A stretch of 64,000 bases of DNA, from the NCBI GenBank assembly GCA_964519305.1, contig CAZFHY010000015.1, forward strand, positions 32,001-96,000. Reading direction: 5' to 3'. Under the pieces are notes generated by a model. The model made no database searches. It worked only from the letters and a program-made list of their open reading frames with translations, and was not told the origin of the DNA. Source of the DNA: Candidatus Undinarchaeota archaeon. Lineage in GTDB: Archaea > SpSt-1190 > JASMDC01. Numbering within the stretch: position 1 is the first letter of the stretch; each line of letters opens with the position of its first letter. The position numbers were made by a program, and so were the translations under genes. Below, piece after piece: positions 62,870-64,000 of this stretch.

Positions 62870-64000
62870 ATGGCACATGTCCAGCTGCATGAGTGGCATG
62901 CTAAGCGAGCGAAGTTGGGACCGTTCTGTGGCTACGAGATGCCCCTGTGGTACGACGGTGCTATCAAGGAGCACATGGCCGTGCGGGAGGCCGCCGGTGT
63001 GTTCGACATATCCCATATGGGTGAGCTCGTGCTGACCGGCCCCCAGGCGCTTCCTTTCGTTAACATGCTGGTCACCAGCGACATCGCCCGGATGCCCGTG
63101 GACCGTGCCAAGTACACCTGCGTGTGCAACGAGCGTGGCGGGCTCAAGGATGATATTGTCGCGTACCGCACCGGCGAGGAGGACGTGCTCCTCCTGGTCA
63201 ACGCCGTGAACAAGGACAAGATCGACGCGTGGATCCGGGCGTTGCTGGCCACCGCCGAGTCACTGGGCGCCGATGTGCCGGAATACTGTGACGCCACTGC
63301 CGAGCACGCGCTGTTCGCCATCCAGGGCCCGCGCGCGCTGGACATCGCCGACGACCTTGGGCTCACCGTCCCGGACAAGATGTTCGCCATCACCCGTGGC
63401 GAGGTCAACGGCGTCGAACTGATCGTCAGCCATACCGGGTACACCGGCGAGGACGGGTTCGAGCTGATCGTGCCCTCCACCACACCCTACCATCCGGACC
63501 CAGAAATGCGGGGCACCGGAGCTGAGGCCATGGCCGTATGGGACGGTGTGTGGGCTTCCGGAGAGCCCGTGGGCATGGCGCCCATCGGTCTGTTCGCCCG
63601 GGACACCCTTCGCCTGGAGGCCGGGTTCATCCTGTACGGTAACGAGGCCTGGGAGAAACAGGTGCCTTCGGCGACGGTGGACGATATAACACCCCTAGAG
63701 TGCGGGCTCGGGTTCCTGGTGTCGCCCAAGAAGGAGCGGTACATCGGCCGTGACGCACTGCACGAACGGGCCAAAGCCATTGAACGCACTCTTGTCAACC
63801 TCCGGCTCATCGACCGCGGTATCCCCCGCCCCCACTGTCGGGTGTTCTCAGATGACACCGACGTGGGCGAGGTCACAAGCGGCACCATGTCGCCGCTCAT
63901 CAAGCAGGGTATCGCCCTGGCACTTGTCCACCCGGACCACGCCAAGGAGGGCGGCCGGCTCGAGGTGGACGTGCGCGGAAAACGGCTTGCTGCCGAGATC
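62870..64000 (+). CDS. gcvT: Glycine cleavage system aminomethyltransferase T (partial)
   Basis: Not in ORF track. Manual translation MAHVQLHEWH...GYEMPLWY...EHMAVREAAGVFDISHMG, later TGYTGEDGFE, ARDTLRLEAG, GEVTSGT; open to window end. Confidence 0.96.
   Translation, partial: MAHVQLHEWHAKRAKLGPFCGYEMPLWYDGAIKEHMAVREAAGVFDISHMGELVLTGPQALPFVNMLVTSDIARMPVDRAKYTCVCNERGGLKDDIVAYRTGEEDVLLLVNAVNKDKIDAWIRALLATAESLGADVPEYCDATAEHALFAIQGPRALDIADDLGLTVPDKMFAITRGEVNGVELIVSHTGYTGEDGFELIVPSTTPYHPDPEMRGTGAEAMAVWDGVWASGEPVGMAPIGLFARDTLRLEAGFILYGNEAWEKQVPSATVDDITPLECGLGFLVSPKKERYIGRDALHERAKAIERTLVNLRLIDRGIPRPHCRVFSDDTDVGEVTSGTMSPLIKQGIALALVHPDHAKEGGRLEVDVRGKRLAAEI

Overview
High-GC archaeal window. Supporting evidence: TATA/BRE-type promoters, many near-leaderless genes, an HVO_0476-type Zn-finger next to pcm, archaeal MinD and class III signal peptides. 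The lineage cannot be fixed from sequence alone, but the gene content resembles uncultivated DPANN-like archaea. Housekeeping block (32.8-49.8 kb plus 62.9 kb to end): serS, minD, pcm, glycine cleavage gcvH-gcvPA-gcvPB with a distant gcvT, and a sarcosine/proline dehydrogenase-like pair. Roughly a third of the window encodes six Cys-rich secreted proteins, five of them large (>770, 1565, ~1025, 2738, ~300 and 1471 aa); three sit in a co-oriented locus with two class III (pilin-like) proteins. Two accessory islands (8.3-13.9 kb, 54.4-61.5 kb) hold mostly acidic orphan or paralogous proteins. These islands share a 22-bp imperfect palindrome next to their TATA boxes and unusual Tyr-containing termini, suggesting an undescribed regulon or targeting system. 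A domain-in-domain-in-domain insertion lies in the FN3 protein at 19.0-19.5 kb. Two real genes missing from the ORF track run off the ends (1..2315 minus; gcvT 62870..64000 plus). No rRNA, tRNA, CRISPR array, transposase or integrase was recognised.
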